A DNA stretch of 64,000 nucleotides from Acidobacteriota bacterium (GCA_020199905.1 JAIVJS010000076.1:13842-77841); one strand, 5' to 3'. Positions 27,325-36,646 are shown, numbered from the stretch's first letter. Numbers and translations are program-made. Notes: generated from the sequence alone by a model not told the origin.

Positions 27325-28740
27325 ATGCCTTTTTCCACGTTCGGACTCCATTCCGACCTCCTCCGAGGCGTCAAGGAAATGGGGTTCACCCGACCCACTC
27401 CGATCCAGCAGGACACGATCCCGCCCGCGATGGCGGGAAAGGACGTGCTCGCCTGCGCGATGACCGGCAGCGGCAAGACCGCCGCGTTCGGCCTTCCGAT
27501 CCTGAACCGCATCATGGGCAAGCCGCGCGGTAAGACGCGTGCCCTGATCGTCACCCCGACGCGCGAGCTCGCCGCGCAGATCGAAGAGCACCTGACGGCG
27601 ATGGCGGTCCACACTCCCCTTTCCGCCGCGGCTGTTTTCGGCGGCGTCGGCATGGGCCCCCAGGAGCACGCGTTCCGCCGCGGGGCGGACATCATCGTCG
27701 CGACGCCCGGCCGGCTTCTCGACCATTTTCGCTTTCCCTATGCGCGCCTGGATGCTCTCGAGGTTCTCGTCCTCGACGAAGCGGACCGGATGCTCGACAT
27801 GGGGTTTCTTCCCGACATCCGCCGCGTGCTGAAGCACCTGCCGGTCAAGCGGCAGACCCTCTTCTTCTCCGCGACGATGCCGCCCCCGATCGTGACGCTC
27901 ACCCGGGAGATGCTCCACAACCCGTTCACCGTCAACCTCGAGCGGGTGCCCGAGCCGGCCGTCGGGATCACGCAGGCGGTCTATCCGGTCTCGCAGAACC
28001 TGAAGGCGCCGCTGCTGCTCGAGCTCATCAAGCGAGGCGACTTCCGGAGCGTTCTCGTCTTCACGCGCACGAAGCATCGGGCTAATCGCCTCGCCGACAA
28101 CCTCACGAAGAACGGAGTCGCCTGCGAGCGCATTCACGGGAACCGCAGCCAGATGCAGCGCACGGCGGCGCTGGCCGGGTTCAAGGACGGGCGCTTTAAG
28201 GTCCTCGTCGCGACCGACATCGCCGCCCGCGGCATCGACGTCGAGGCGCTCTCGCACGTGGTCAACTTCGACGTGCCGCATGTTCCCGAGGACTACATCC
28301 ATCGCGTGGGCCGCACGGCGCGCGCGGAGCTGACGGGAGATGCCTTCACCTTCGTGTCGCCCGAGGAAGAGACGGATCTCCGGCAGATCGAGCACGCCAT
28401 CGCCAAACGCCTTCCGCGGATCACCGTCCCGGGGTTCGACTACTCGAAGGCCCCCGCCGAAAAGTTCGAGGTGCCTCTGGCCGAGCGGATCGCCGAGATC
28501 CGGGCCCGCAAGGCGGGCGACCGCGCGCGAGCCAAGGAAAAAGCGGAACGCCGCGCCCGAGCGATGCAGCCCGCGCGAGCCGGAAGCCCCTCGGCCGCTC
28601 ACCGCGGTCCCTCGGGGCCATCGCGAGGCCCGTCAGGCCCGCGCCCCAATCTCTCGATCGTGCGGCCCTCAGGCCCGTCAGGCCCCAGCGGCCCGCGCAC
28701 GGTAGCGCCGAGCTACGGTCGCAGGCCCGGGGGCCGTTAA
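27325..28740 (+). CDS. rhlE: DEAD-box RNA helicase (RhlE-like)
   Basis: PTPIQ, TGSGKT, PTRELA, LDEADRMLDMGF, SAT, ARGID and HRVGRTAR motifs. Confidence 0.9.
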   Translation: MPFSTFGLHSDLLRGVKEMGFTRPTPIQQDTIPPAMAGKDVLACAMTGSGKTAAFGLPILNRIMGKPRGKTRALIVTPTRELAAQIEEHLTAMAVHTPLSAAAVFGGVGMGPQEHAFRRGADIIVATPGRLLDHFRFPYARLDALEVLVLDEADRMLDMGFLPDIRRVLKHLPVKRQTLFFSATMPPPIVTLTREMLHNPFTVNLERVPEPAVGITQAVYPVSQNLKAPLLLELIKRGDFRSVLVFTRTKHRANRLADNLTKNGVACERIHGNRSQMQRTAALAGFKDGRFKVLVATDIAARGIDVEALSHVVNFDVPHVPEDYIHRVGRTARAELTGDAFTFVSPEEETDLRQIEHAIAKRLPRITVPGFDYSKAPAEKFEVPLAERIAEIRARKAGDRARAKEKAERRARAMQPARAGSPSAAHRGPSGPSRGPSGPRPNLSIVRPSGPSGPSGPRTVAPSYGRRPGGR

Positions 28741-28760
28741 CGTCAGGCTTCGAGTCACGT

Positions 28761-28802
28761 CCCTCACCCCGGCCCTCTCCCCCGGCGCACGGGGAGAGGG
28801 GG
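28761..28802. repeat. REP-like palindrome, copy 2
   Basis: CCCTCACCCCGGCCCTCTCCCC...GGGGAGAGGG downstream of the helicase stop. Confidence 0.7.
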
Positions 28803-28845
28803 CGGAGCGGCGCCGCGGTCAGGTCCGTGACTGAGCTCGCGCCGA

Positions 28846-28975
28846 GAGGAGTCTCCCGACCAGAGGGAGGGAGGAGCCTCTCGGGGCGGGAGCCGCAGCG
28901 AACGAAGGACGAGGCGAGCGGTCGAGCCGACAGGCGAGCCGCTCGCGCACGTCCCGCAGTGAGCGGAGGCGACGG
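28846..28975 (+). repeat. Dispersed structured repeat, copy B
   Basis: AGTCTCCCGACC...GGACGAGGCGAGCGGTCGAGCC-ga-CAGGCGAGCCGC...CGTCCCGCAG...GCGACGG. Confidence 0.75.
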
Positions 28976-28985
28976 TTGGCGACGA

Positions 28986-30860
28986 TTACTTGCCGACCGC
29001 CCCGCCGTACACGGGCAGCGAGCCCGGCAGCGACGGAGGAGCGGGCGGCGAAGGGAGGCCGAGCGGACTCGGAACGGTCTGGCCGGGCAGGGTCGGCAGC
29101 GGAACGCTTCGTCCGCGCGCGTACACCTCGTGCCGTCCGTTTTTCTTGTACCACTCCGCGAGCGAAGCGGTCTGGAACATTTCCTCGATGATCTTCCGCC
29201 AGCCGACGCCGGTGTTGTACGCGCAGAAGGAGATCTCCCCCATCTGGGTGGCGTACGGAATGATGCACATCTCGGTGCGGCGGAAGTCGTAGTTGAAGAG
29301 GTCCTGGAACCACATCCCGCCGATGAAGAAGACGCGCCAGTCGTACCGCTTCTTCTTCGAGAAGCCGAGCTTGCCGCCCGTGTGCCCGTCCATGATCTGA
29401 ACGACCTTCCAGGGCGAGAGGCTCTTCGGGATTCCGGACGGCTTCAGGTTTCGCAGGATCGACAGAGCCGTCTGGAACGCGGTCCAGTTCTTCTTGCGGG
29501 CGGAGTCGGTGATGCCCTTGATGTCGGAGAGCATGCGGTCCACGTTCAGCATCGCCGGTACCGGGACCGACTCCTTCGTCTTCGAATCCACGAGGAGCAT
29601 CGTCCCGATCCCGCAGTTCGGGTGGCATCCGCATTTCAGGGAGCCCCACTCCGATTCGAGTCCACCGAGAAGGTCCTTCAGGTCCGAAAAGGGCCCCGAC
29701 GCCGAGAGCGGGTACCAGTCGCGCATCGGCTCGCCGATCCCGGCCTGGGACTTCGCGTCGTGCGCCAGGTGAGACAGCGTGTAGCGCTGCTTTTTCCGGG
29801 TGTCGTCGTCGATCTCCTCGTCCCGGCCGGTGAATGAGACGGGCTGGAAGGAAACCGTGTTGATCTTGTCGATGTTCTGGATCGCGAACTTGAGGATTTC
29901 CCCCACCTGGTGGTCGTTGACGGTGTTCACGATCGTGGTCACGAGCGTGATGTCGACGCCCGCCTTGTGGAGGTTTTCGATCGCGCGCTGCTTCACGTCG
30001 AAGAGGTTTCCGACCTTGCGGTGCTCGTTCGCGGCGTTGTCCACGCCGTCAAACTGCAGGTAGACGAACCGCAGCCCCGCTTCGGCGGCCTCGCGGGCAA
30101 AATCTACTTCCTGGGCGAACCGGATTCCGTTGGTCGCCGCCTGGACGGAGAAGTAACCGACCTCGCGCGCGTAACGAACGGCCTGGAGGAAGTAGGGCGA
30201 GATGGTGGGCTCGCCTCCCGAGAACTGGACCGAGAGCTGGCGCCTCGGCTTGATGGAGACCGCGTCGTCGAGGAGCTTCTGGATGTCTTCCCACTCGAGC
30301 TCGTGCACATAACCGACCTGGTTGGCGTCCATGAAGCAGGGATTGCACATCATGTTGCAGCGGTTCGTGAGGTCGATCGTCAGCACCGCTCCGCGGCCGT
30401 ATTTGATCGACGAAGTGCCGTGCTCGTGCAGGCCGTCCTTCGGAATCACGAAATCGCGCCCGGGGTAGAGGGACTCGAGCCGCTTGAAGAACGCGGGATC
30501 CGTCGACATCACGTCTTCGAAATGGCCGTGCTCCGGGCAGTCCTTCTTCATCAGGATCTTGCCGTCTTCCTCCACGATCCTCGCCTTGATCTCACCGGGG
30601 TTTCCGTCGACCAGAACCTTCCAGTCGGCCTCCCCGGAGAGGATCCTGGTGCGCACTTCCGTCACGCATTTGGGGCAGAGGGAGTCCGTCTCGCGAGGGA
30701 ATCCGAACTGCGGAAACGTCCGCTCCTTTTGCTTGAGGAGGGGCGCAGGCGCCCACTTCGGCTGAAACGAGTTCTGCTCGAAGCGGCGATCGACGGCGCG
30801 GGTCGCGCGCCAGAATGCGTCGGCGGTCAGTCGGAGTCCGGAGTAGATAGCGTTCCGCAT
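28986..30860 (-). CDS. Radical SAM protein, MJ0619/Tes (tetraether lipid synthase)-like family
   Basis: TDSLCPKC...CPEHG, IDLTNRCNMMCNPCF, QFSGGEPT, ATNG, YLQFDG, QPVSFTGR, CHPNCG and SFCAYN; start 30860 (alternative 30932). Confidence 0.82.
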   Translation of the reverse strand: MRNAIYSGLRLTADAFWRATRAVDRRFEQNSFQPKWAPAPLLKQKERTFPQFGFPRETDSLCPKCVTEVRTRILSGEADWKVLVDGNPGEIKARIVEEDGKILMKKDCPEHGHFEDVMSTDPAFFKRLESLYPGRDFVIPKDGLHEHGTSSIKYGRGAVLTIDLTNRCNMMCNPCFMDANQVGYVHELEWEDIQKLLDDAVSIKPRRQLSVQFSGGEPTISPYFLQAVRYAREVGYFSVQAATNGIRFAQEVDFAREAAEAGLRFVYLQFDGVDNAANEHRKVGNLFDVKQRAIENLHKAGVDITLVTTIVNTVNDHQVGEILKFAIQNIDKINTVSFQPVSFTGRDEEIDDDTRKKQRYTLSHLAHDAKSQAGIGEPMRDWYPLSASGPFSDLKDLLGGLESEWGSLKCGCHPNCGIGTMLLVDSKTKESVPVPAMLNVDRMLSDIKGITDSARKKNWTAFQTALSILRNLKPSGIPKSLSPWKVVQIMDGHTGGKLGFSKKKRYDWRVFFIGGMWFQDLFNYDFRRTEMCIIPYATQMGEISFCAYNTGVGWRKIIEEMFQTASLAEWYKKNGRHEVYARGRSVPLPTLPGQTVPSPLGLPSPPAPPSLPGSLPVYGGAVGK

Positions 30861-30938
30861 CTTGGGGTGCCCGGAAAGTGCCCGGGACAGTCTCCTTGAT
30901 TGTCGGCGGGGGAATCCCGACCGGTTCTTCATCGCATT

Positions 30939-32081
30939 CTATCCGAAAACCGGCTCCTTCCACGGTTGTCCCGTGATGTTCGACCCTGTCGCAAATCGGG
31001 CCGCCGCGAACGGGGCGAGCGATTCTCCGGGGTCCGCGAGTATCGAGTCGGCGACCCGAACCGCCGTGACGGGAGCGAGAAGGATTCCGTTTCGGAAGTG
31101 TCCGGCGGCGAAGAAGAGGCCCGGAAGCCGAGACGCGCCGAGGATCGGGAGGGCATCGCGGCTGGCCGGGCGCAGGCCCGACCACGCGTCCATGAACTGC
31201 GCCCGCCTGAGAGACGGGACGAGCCGGCATGCCGCGTCGATGAGCGCCGCCACGGCCCCCGCGGTCACGTCCTTCCGGAACCCGACGTCCTCTTCCGTGG
31301 AACCGAGGACGACGGAGCCATCCGCCCGGGGAACGACATAGACGTCCGCCGATTGAACGACGCGCGGGAGGAAAGGAGGCGTCCCGGCGAGCCGAACGAT
31401 CTGTCCCCGCACCGGCTTGACCGGCAGAGGCGCCGTTTCGGGGTCGAAAGCCGCCCAGGCGCCCGCCGCGTCCACCACGGCCCCGGCTTCAAAGACTCCG
31501 CCGTCCGTTTCGACGCCGCGACACCGGTTCTCCGAGACGTGAAAGCGGCGGGCGCCCGTGCCCAGAACGAACCGGACGCCGCGTGTTGCGGCCGACTCCC
31601 AGAGAGCCCGCGTGAGACGGCGGGGATCCACCGAGCCGTCCTCCCGGAAAAAGAGGCCGCCTCGGGCGTCCGGAGACACGAGCCCTCGGCTGAGCCGCTG
31701 GACCCCGTCCCGATCGACCTCCTCGACGGGAAACGCCGACGCCTGGCGGTCGAGCCACGCGGAGAAGTCCGCGCGGCCGTCGAGGTCGCACCGAAGGACG
31801 CCGTTCGGACTCCATCCCACCGGAAGCCCGGTTTCCCGCTCGAGCTCCGCGCACCACCCGGGATAGAGCCGCCGGCTTTCGGCGGCGAGATCGAAAAGGG
31901 GGCCGCGGGGAAGCCGTTCGGCTCGGGGAGCGATCAGGCCGGCAGCCGCGCCCGACGCTTCGGATCCGGGCTCCGCGCGTTCGAGGACCGTGACGGCCGC
32001 GCCGCGCCCGGCGAGCTCGCGGGCGAGCGCACACCCGATCGCGCCGCCTCCGACGATCAGGACGTCCGGCCGGGAGCTCAC
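30939..32081 (-). CDS. thiO: Glycine oxidase ThiO (FAD-dependent)
   Basis: IVGGGAIG, ASGAAAGLI, PVRGQ, WSGLRP and GHFRNGILLAP. Confidence 0.85.
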   Translation of the reverse strand: MSSRPDVLIVGGGAIGCALARELAGRGAAVTVLERAEPGSEASGAAAGLIAPRAERLPRGPLFDLAAESRRLYPGWCAELERETGLPVGWSPNGVLRCDLDGRADFSAWLDRQASAFPVEEVDRDGVQRLSRGLVSPDARGGLFFREDGSVDPRRLTRALWESAATRGVRFVLGTGARRFHVSENRCRGVETDGGVFEAGAVVDAAGAWAAFDPETAPLPVKPVRGQIVRLAGTPPFLPRVVQSADVYVVPRADGSVVLGSTEEDVGFRKDVTAGAVAALIDAACRLVPSLRRAQFMDAWSGLRPASRDALPILGASRLPGLFFAAGHFRNGILLAPVTAVRVADSILADPGESLAPFAAARFATGSNITGQPWKEPVFG

Positions 32082-32590
32082 CGCCGCCGGCGTCGCCGTC
32101 CGAAGGCGTCGCCCGCGATCCGGCCTGCCGCCCAGGCGGCGAGCGCGCCTGACGCCGCGCCGGCAATCGCGCCCGCATACGGGAGAAGGCCGGGAGCGCT
32201 GCGGCGAAACGACGCCCGCGCGCCTCGGAGAAACCCGCTGCGGAAGACGTGGGACGCGCTGGCGAGCGCGAGCGCCCCGACCGCGACGGCCGCCCGATCG
32301 AGCGGAGTCGTGTCCCGTTCATGGGCGCGCGCGACCGCGAGCGCAAGCCGATTGAGCGTCAGAACCTGGAACGAGAGATCCGCCGCGAGAGGCAGCCCGG
32401 CGAGAAACCCCGCCGGAACCGAGGCGACCGCTCCGACCGCGGCGCAGCGGAGGGCCGCCTTCGCCACGAGGCTGCGGGCGATCTCCTCCGGATCGGCGTC
32501 CGGGTGCCGCTCGACGATTTTGCGGATCTCCCGGTCGAGACGCTCGCCATCGGGTCCGAGAAGCACCGCGCGCGCGAGATCGGCATACAT
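32078..32590 (-). CDS. EcsC-like hypothetical membrane-associated protein
   Basis: AAVGAVASVPAG...AADL and AGAIAGA helices resemble the EcsC family; 4-bp overlap with thiO. Confidence 0.65.
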   Translation of the reverse strand: MYADLARAVLLGPDGERLDREIRKIVERHPDADPEEIARSLVAKAALRCAAVGAVASVPAGFLAGLPLAADLSFQVLTLNRLALAVARAHERDTTPLDRAAVAVGALALASASHVFRSGFLRGARASFRRSAPGLLPYAGAIAGAASGALAAWAAGRIAGDAFGRRRRRR

Positions 32591-32850
32591 GGACAGGAAT
32601 CCTATCGCTCCGGGAGGGCAAGCGCGGGAGGAGGCGCTGCGCCGGGCGAAAATTTCAGAAACTGCTCCGAGACGGCTTCTGTCTCCAGCTCGCCCCCCTA
32701 CGGCCTACCGCCTTCCGCGCGCTTCCCGAGCTCGCGGATTCGTCATGAGCCGGCGCGTTTTTCTGACCGCCTCCCGCCTGCCGCCTCCCGCCTGTCCCCC
32801 TCTCTCGCGCGTGTTATGTTTTCGGCGAAATCTCGAAAGGAGCCCGGACG

Positions 32851-33471
32851 ATGAGAAAGCTCGGAATCGCCCTGATCATGCTGTGCGCGTTACCGCTCAC
32901 AGCGGCGCCGGCGGCGAGAAAGGGGAAGAAAACCGTGTCTTCCGCACCCCGCGACTATTCCAACACGCTGGCGACCCTCCAGACGGACGCCGGCGACATC
33001 ACGATTCACTTCCTGCACGACAAGGCGCCGAAGCACGTCGAGAGCTTCATCGACCTCGCCGCCAAAGGCTTCTACGACAATACGTTCTTTCATCGGGTGA
33101 TCCCCGGCTTCATGATCCAGGGAGGCGACCCCAACACGAAGGGCGCCGAAGACGCGGCGCATCGCTATGGGACCGGCGGCAACGTCGTCGCTGGCAAGGA
33201 AGTCCGCCTGAAGTCGGAGTTCAACGACACGTCGCACAAACGGGGGATCGTCTCGATGGCGCGCTCCCAGGATCCCAACTCCGCTTCGTCGCAGTTCTTC
33301 ATCGTCGTGAAGGACTCCACGTTTCTCGACAATCAGTACACGGCCTTCGGAGAAGTCGTGACCGGGATGGACGTGGTCGACAAGATCGTGGCGGCTCCCC
33401 GCAACGGGAACGACCTCCCCAACCAGCCGACGCGCATCAAGAAGATCCTGCTCACCCAGGCGAAGGGCTGA
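32851..33471 (+). CDS. Cyclophilin-type peptidyl-prolyl isomerase, exported
   Basis: FYDNTFFHRVIPGFMIQGGDP, SMARSQDPNSASSQFFI and YTAFGEV; signal peptide; SD AAGGAG. Confidence 0.95.
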   Translation: MRKLGIALIMLCALPLTAAPAARKGKKTVSSAPRDYSNTLATLQTDAGDITIHFLHDKAPKHVESFIDLAAKGFYDNTFFHRVIPGFMIQGGDPNTKGAEDAAHRYGTGGNVVAGKEVRLKSEFNDTSHKRGIVSMARSQDPNSASSQFFIVVKDSTFLDNQYTAFGEVVTGMDVVDKIVAAPRNGNDLPNQPTRIKKILLTQAKG

Positions 33472-33640
33472 GGTCTGTCTGCCGCACCGAGTCGGAGGTT
33501 GAGGCGCGGACCGCCTCACGAAGTCGGAGGAATGAGGCGGTGACCTCTTCGGAAAGCCGGAGGATATTGATTCGGGAGGCGCCGGGGCGCCGGCCCCTCC
33601 CGGCGCGCCGCTCCGGTTTTCCGATCCTTCTCCGTCCGAG

Positions 33641-34624
33641 GTGATCGTTCCCTCCGTTCTCCCTCCCGAGTTCTCTCTCCTCTCGGCTCTCGCGGCGCGC
33701 ACGCATCACGAACCGGTCTCGTGGGAGGTCCTTCCGGGAGACGTCGGCCGCCGGCGCTACGTGCGGCTGATTCTTCGCGACAACCGGTCCGTGCTCGGAG
33801 TCGTCTATCCGCAGGAGGAAGCCGATTCCCGCCGGCGGTGGTCGGCGGCGCGCGCCGCGCTCCGGGACAGGATCCGCGTGCCGCTTCTGATCGCGGATGA
33901 TCAGGCGGGAAACCAGATCGTAGAGGACTTCGGAAGGATGGACCTCGCGACCCGATTCCTCGAGAGACCGGCGGACCGCAAGACATGGCTCGAGAAGGCG
34001 GTCGCCGCGGGTTCGGCGTTCGCCGGGATGGAGGATCCGGGGATCAACCCGCCCTTCGACGCCGTCCTGTTTCGCCGGGAGCTCAATCTCGCCCGGGAGG
34101 CCGTCTTCGACCTGTATATGAAGGAACCTCTGTCGCCGGACGACCGAGCCGTTCACGACCGCTGGGCGGAGTCGCTCGCGCAGGAAATCGCGGGTCATCC
34201 CCGCGCGCTCTGCCACCGGGACTTTCACGGCAACAATCTCTTTCCGTCCGGTTCCGAAGTGGCGGCCATCGATTTCCAGGACATGCGGTCCGGCCCGGAC
34301 TCGTACGATCTCGCGTCCCTTCTCTGGGAGCGTACGACCCTCGACTGGATGACGGCCGACCGCGCCGACGAGGCAATCGAACGGTTCGTCCGGGCCCGAG
34401 GGGTTCAGGGGGGCCCGTTCCGCCGCCGTTTCGACCGGGTTCTCCTCCAGCGGGCCTGGAAAGTGTGCGGGACCTTCGCGCGGGCGGTCGCTCAGGGCCG
34501 CGGGGAGGCCTACCGGCGCTATCTCCCGGGCGAGCTCGCTCTGGTGGGCCGGCTGCTCTCGGGCCCGGAAGACGCGGCGTTTGCGGCCCTTTTCGAGGCC
34601 CGGTTGAAGCCTCTGTTAAGCTGA
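33641..34624 (+). CDS. Aminoglycoside-phosphotransferase-family kinase (AmgK-like)
   Basis: LPGDVGRRRYVR, EDFG, CHRDFHGNNL, IDFQD and YDLASLL. Confidence 0.8.
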   Translation: MIVPSVLPPEFSLLSALAARTHHEPVSWEVLPGDVGRRRYVRLILRDNRSVLGVVYPQEEADSRRRWSAARAALRDRIRVPLLIADDQAGNQIVEDFGRMDLATRFLERPADRKTWLEKAVAAGSAFAGMEDPGINPPFDAVLFRRELNLAREAVFDLYMKEPLSPDDRAVHDRWAESLAQEIAGHPRALCHRDFHGNNLFPSGSEVAAIDFQDMRSGPDSYDLASLLWERTTLDWMTADRADEAIERFVRARGVQGGPFRRRFDRVLLQRAWKVCGTFARAVAQGRGEAYRRYLPGELALVGRLLSGPEDAAFAALFEARLKPLLS

Positions 34625-34652
34625 CGATTCGTCCTGCGAAGGAGAACCATCG

Positions 34653-34832
34653 ATGTTTGGCTCACTCGGCGTTCCCGAACTTCTGATCATCCTCTTGATC
34701 GTGATCATCATCTTCGGCGCGAACAAACTGCCCCAGCTCGGCCGGGGAATCGGCCAGGGCATGCGGAACTTCAAGGACTCCATCAAAGACGGCGGCGTGG
34801 ACGACACGAAGCCGACTCCGCCCAAGGCGTAG
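34653..34832 (+). CDS. tatA: Twin-arginine translocase TatA/E subunit
   Basis: MFGSLGVPELLIILLIVIIIFGANKLPQLGRGIGQGMRNFK; SD AAGGAG; 59 aa, not in the ORF track. Confidence 0.93.
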   Translation: MFGSLGVPELLIILLIVIIIFGANKLPQLGRGIGQGMRNFKDSIKDGGVDDTKPTPPKA

Positions 34833-34909
34833 AGCTCGCCCCGGCTCGAGATTTCTTCGAAACCCTCAGAGGTCCCGCCGAGACCCGCAGAGGACCTCGA
34901 AGCCGGAGA

Positions 34910-35170
34910 CTATTTTTTCTTCTGGATGTCGGGAGAGACCCGATGCTGCTGCCTGTCGCGCGGCAGCCGGATGTTCAGGATCCCGACTTTGTTGCGCAGC
35001 GTGTTGCGATGGATGCCGAGAGAGGACGCGGCGCGTCCCAGATTTCCGGAAGAGCGCCGCACGGCGCCGACGATGTACTTCTTCTCGAACTCCTTCTTCG
35101 CGAGATCGAGTGAGATCCCGTGCGCGAGAAGCTCGTCGATGATTTGCTGGAGCTGCCCATCCAGGTTCAC
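34910..35170 (-). CDS. Small Fis-type helix-turn-helix protein
   Basis: FEKKYI...GNLGRAASSLGIHRNTLRNK HTH_8 motif; GTG at 35170 after GGAGG. Confidence 0.85.
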   Translation of the reverse strand: MNLDGQLQQIIDELLAHGISLDLAKKEFEKKYIVGAVRRSSGNLGRAASSLGIHRNTLRNKVGILNIRLPRDRQQHRVSPDIQKKK

Positions 35171-35482
35171 GTCATCCTCCGAAAAAGTTTTGCCGGGAAG
35201 AGAAGGCGCGCATCTTAGCAAACTCAGAATGCGCCGCAATAGGCCGCGCGCAAGACATCGAGCAAGGTTTTTTTCGTGCCAGCGGTCGATGAGATTTACG
35301 ACGATGCGAGGGCGACGACGACGATCCGATCACGGGCAGTGACCTGGACGAGAGACGATCGCGACGAGATGCTTTCATGCCAATCCGAATGGAGAGTCGA
35401 GACGCGTCATCGATGAGAGACGCGGTCGCCTTTCTCGACTCGAGAGCCCGCTTGGCCGATCGATCCAACCTAAGCGACGGCT

Positions 35483-35662
35483 GGGAGGAGGCTCACGCTG
35501 CGGGAGCGGGAGCGAGCAACGCGAGCGGAAGCGACGGCAGGCTCTCGCTGCGGGAGCGTAGCGAGCGGAGGGACGAGGCGAGCGGTCGAGCCTTCAGGCG
35601 AGCCGCTCGGCGGTGCGTTCGCCGGCGGGCGAACGCACGTCCCGCAGCGAGCGAAGCGACGG
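35483..35662 (+). repeat. Dispersed structured repeat, copy C (with duplicated 5' module)
   Basis: GGCTC(A/T)CGCTGCGGGAGC occurs twice; core GGACGAGGCGAGCGGTCGAGCC-tt-CAGGCGAGCCGC; extra hairpin GTGCGTTCGCC...GGCGAACGCAC; ends TCCCGCAGCGAGC. Confidence 0.75.
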
Positions 35663-35663
35663 A

Positions 35664-36599
35664 TTACTTGAGCTCGACCTCGTCGCCGACCTGGAGCATC
35701 CGGTTTGAGTCGGTCAGACGGACGACGGACCAGCGATCGCCCACGTTCAGCACGGCGCCCTCCCCCAGATATGTCCTCGGAATGGACACACCCGGCGGCG
35801 GCGGGAGCGTGACCCAGTAGGTTCCCATCGCCTTGATCCCGTACTCCCGCCCGGAGGAGTAGCGGAACAGGGTCACGAAGTCGCCGGGCTGGAGGCCATC
35901 GGCCGCGCCGAGGTCGACGATGACCATCTGGTCGGCTCCCAGGGCGACGACGCCGTCCTTGCTGAACACGATGCGTCCCTTCGCCTTACCGGAGGGGAGG
36001 TCGCCCGATTTCGCCATGGGACTCTTGCGCACCAGCGGAATCGGGATCGGCTCGAACCTCTTCAGGGAGGCGAACATCGGGATGTCGCTGCACGCCGAGG
36101 TCACCCGGACGATCGCCGTGCGCGCCTCGACGCTGTCCACCACCGCGCGGCCGCGATACTGGTAAAAGCGGCCCATCGACTTCTCGGTCAGCGGGTGAAT
36201 GACGTCCTGCTCGGGCGTCACGATCCAGAACTGGTCACCGACTTTGAGTCCCGTGTCGTACCCGCCGTCCACGTAGAGCATGTCGTCGGTTATGTAGTCG
36301 GTCTGCTCGAAGAGGTTCTCCGCGCCATGGACCCTCACCGGGAAATGCTCGCCGGGCGGGGCGATGTATCCGAAGCAGTACACGTCGCTTTCGAAACCGA
36401 CCGGTTGCGGCGCCGAGTCCGTGGTCACGGGGACGTGCCTCGGCCTTTCGACTCGCGTGACGACCGGCGTCGCGTTCTGGGTCTCGGGGCCGAGCCGGGC
36501 TCCACCGAGCGGCACCGGTTTCGCCGCCTGTCCGAAGGCGGCCGCCGACCAGGTCATGGCGAGAGACAGCACGACAGTAGAACGCGAGGGGAGGCGCAT
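35664..36599 (-). CDS. Secreted hypothetical beta-rich protein (resembles the C-terminal region of LysM/TsaP-like proteins)
   Basis: Signal peptide; YVDGG.DTGLKVGD.F and IVDLGAADGLQPGD repeats; family assignment tentative. Confidence 0.65.
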   Translation of the reverse strand: MRLPSRSTVVLSLAMTWSAAAFGQAAKPVPLGGARLGPETQNATPVVTRVERPRHVPVTTDSAPQPVGFESDVYCFGYIAPPGEHFPVRVHGAENLFEQTDYITDDMLYVDGGYDTGLKVGDQFWIVTPEQDVIHPLTEKSMGRFYQYRGRAVVDSVEARTAIVRVTSACSDIPMFASLKRFEPIPIPLVRKSPMAKSGDLPSGKAKGRIVFSKDGVVALGADQMVIVDLGAADGLQPGDFVTLFRYSSGREYGIKAMGTYWVTLPPPPGVSIPRTYLGEGAVLNVGDRWSVVRLTDSNRMLQVGDEVELK

Positions 36600-36646
36600 G
36601 GCGGCTCCTAAAAAAATACGGTTAAACCGGAATTGTACCGTACTTT

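Noticed and set aside
33472-33640. ncRNA in the cyclophilin-kinase intergenic region (CCGCCTCA...TGAGGCGG hairpin)
   Set aside because: A single GC-rich hairpin with no second copy in the window and no recognisable family motif, so support is insufficient.
30900-33644. 914-aa plus-strand ORF and many similar long alternative-frame ORFs
   Set aside because: Low-complexity R/A/G/P translations expected in very GC-rich DNA, overlapping well-supported genes.
35262-35285. Sigma54 promoter upstream of the Fis-like gene (TGGCACG...TTGC on the minus strand)
   Set aside because: GG-to-GC spacing is 15 nt rather than the required 10.
35172-35468. 98-aa minus-strand ORF upstream of the Fis-like gene
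   Set aside because: Ser/Arg-rich with atypical codon usage; more likely promoter or intergenic DNA.
27007-35662. CRISPR array interpretation of the repeated 36-nt core
   Set aside because: Copies are kilobases apart with no regular spacers, and no cas genes are in the window.
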